NCBI GenBank assembly: GCA_030390025.1 | Contig: CM059433.1 | Location: forward strand, 10,728,001-10,792,000 | Length of the DNA: 64,000 nt | Source of the DNA: Squalus acanthias | Taxonomy: Eukaryota | Reading direction: 5' to 3' | Part shown: piece after piece, positions 62,165 through 64,000 of the stretch | How the letters are laid out: each line of letters starts with the position of its first letter | How positions within the stretch are numbered: the stretch's first letter is position 1 | Translations under genes and position numbers: made by a program | Notes under the pieces: generated by a model | Databases searched by the model: none | The model's input: the letters and a program-made list of their open reading frames with translations, nothing else | What the model was told of the DNA's origin: nothing

Positions 62165-62770
62165 TGACAGAAACCCTCACCCATGCCTTTGTTTACTCCA
62201 GACTCAACTATTCCAATGCTCTCCTGGCCGGCCTCCTACCTTACCACAACCATAAACATGAGATCATCCAAAACTCTGTTGCCCATATCCTAACTCCCAC
62301 CAAGTCCCGTTCACACATCACCTCTGTGCTCGCTGATCTACATTGGCCCCCCGGTCCGGCAACGCCTCGATTTTAAAATTCTCAACTTTGTTTTCAAATC
62401 CCTTCATGGCCTCATCCCTCCCTATCTCTGCAACATCCTCCAGCCCTATAACCCTCCGAGATCTCTGCGCTCCTCCAATTCTGGGTTCCGGCGCTTCCCC
62501 GATTTTCATCGCTCCACCATTGGCGGCTGTGCCTTCAGCTGCCTAGGTCCTAAGCTCAGGGATTCCCTCCTTAAGCCTCTCCGCATCTGCACCTCTCTCT
62601 CCCCCTTTAAGACGCTCCTTAAAACCTACCTCTACGTGCGAGCGTTTGGCCACTCGTCCTAATATCTCCTTATGTGGCTCGGTGTCAAATATTGTCTGAT
62701 AACGCTCCTGTGAAGCATCTTGGGACGTTTTGCTCTGTTAAAGGCGCTATATAAATGCAAGGTGTTGTTG
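62165..62770 (+). mobile_element. L2-clade LINE 3' fragment
   Basis: ETLTHAFVYSRLNYSNALLAGL...IIQNSVAHILT...HITSVLADLHWPP; same tail as 60713-61315. Confidence 0.9.
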
Positions 62771-62940
62771 TCTCCACCATTTCCCTGGGGGCTCTGTTGG
62801 TTTCCTACTGGAGTTACAGCAGGGTGCTGGGAGAATCCGCGTGGAATTTCAAGCCTTCTGTGTTTACAGAATCAGCACACCGAAGGAGGACTTGGTGAAA
62901 ACATCTTTTAAAAAGGAGTTAATCACAAAATATAAATAAT

Positions 62941-63675
62941 GGGCCGTATTTTGCGACCCCTACGGGTGCATACGAGGTGGGCACACGCCCGTAGGAGCTG
63001 CGCAAGTCCCGGTTTAGGCACGCAAAGCACATGCGCTAAAACCCGGCACTTGCGATCTGTTAATAATCCTCTTGACAGATCCTCCGCATCCCCGGGAGAA
63101 GGGCCTCTGCGGGTGGAGAGTTGCGCTATTTGCCCAACTTCCGCCCGCTGATTGCCTGTGAAATACTTACACCTGGTAAAAGCAGGCTTAAGCCCTGCTT
63201 TTACCAACATAAGAGTTTTAAAAAATTGAAAAATAAAATGTTATCACTCATTTATACATTAAAAACCCTGTCCAATAAGGTAAGTTTATTTTTAGCCCCG
63301 TTGAAACATGTTAAAAAAAATTCAAAAAATTAAATTTTCGTTTAAAATATTTAATTAAATGGCATTTTAATTAATTGTAAATATGTAATTAAAACTTTTT
63401 TATTTCATGTGTTTGTGTATTTTTTAAGTGACTCCCATTCATACTTATTGGAGTTCCGTACGTACGGGGGAATTCCCTTCTTTTATTGGTTGGGCCGGCC
63501 CACGTGATCCCAGGGGCGCTTGCGATACGTGGGATACATGGGCCTCTACCCGCGGGTACCCGGAGAGCCCCAGGATCGTGAGTCTCCGTACCTCCCGGGC
63601 CACCAGGTAAATGCGTAGATTTTTTACAGGTCGGGGGCATCCGCCGCAGGAAGCCTCCGATCGCATATTTTGGCC
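62941..63675. mobile_element. Probable non-autonomous DNA element (Harbinger-like MITE)
   Basis: Degenerate inverted ends GGCCGTATTTTGCGACC / GATCGCATATTTTGGCC (12/17); GC-rich arms around an AT-rich core. Confidence 0.55.
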
Positions 63676-64000
63676 AAAGGTCTCAGAGAATTACAAGCTA
63701 CATTAATATTATTTTATTCCCAATGTTGGTGACCCAGCACTAGCTGCATTGTGTAGGGCCTAAGCTCTGGTATGTCAGGAATCTGGATGACATTGCTGTA
63801 ACACGAGGAATGGGAAAGATGAAATATGTGTGATCACATCGCGCCCTCACATTCTGAGTCAGTATTGGAACCAGCTGGAGCAGCTCAAGCTTGCTTTGAT
63901 GGCCAGTATGAAGAAGTTCTTCTGCTTAGGAACTTAGGAAGAGGAGTAGGCCATTCAGCCCCTCAAAACTGTTCTGTCACTCAACTAGATCATGGCTAAT

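Noticed and set aside
1..64000. CRISPR array, operon or other prokaryotic system
   Set aside because: No regularly spaced repeat-spacer array and no gene-dense coding; the content is vertebrate interspersed repeats.

Overview
Repeat-dense vertebrate non-coding DNA (intron or intergenic). It is most likely from a cartilaginous fish (shark), inferred from the repeat repertoire: CR1/HER1-type LINEs, Deu-domain tRNA-SINEs and Penelope elements. I recognise no host protein-coding exon; every ORF with a recognisable product is a transposon remnant. Contents: (1) many 5'-truncated CR1, L2, RTE and other non-LTR fragments; (2) about a dozen Deu-domain SINEs plus an older tRNA-SINE; (3) two roughly 4-4.5 kb decayed two-gene PIF/Harbinger elements, each with a DDE transposase and a convergent intron-containing Myb/SANT gene, plus a third Myb remnant and several Harbinger-like MITEs; (4) two hAT-like MITEs with 8-bp TSDs; (5) two solo LTRs; (6) two Penelope-like families carrying minimal hammerhead ribozyme motifs. 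The most striking structure is a 311-bp TSD-flanked palindromic Penelope insertion with a hammerhead core on each strand (12894-13204). The same inverted-end architecture recurs in other Penelope insertions. Unique islands between the repeats include enhancer-like motif clusters and a few hairpins. Boundaries of old repeats are approximate and were read by eye.
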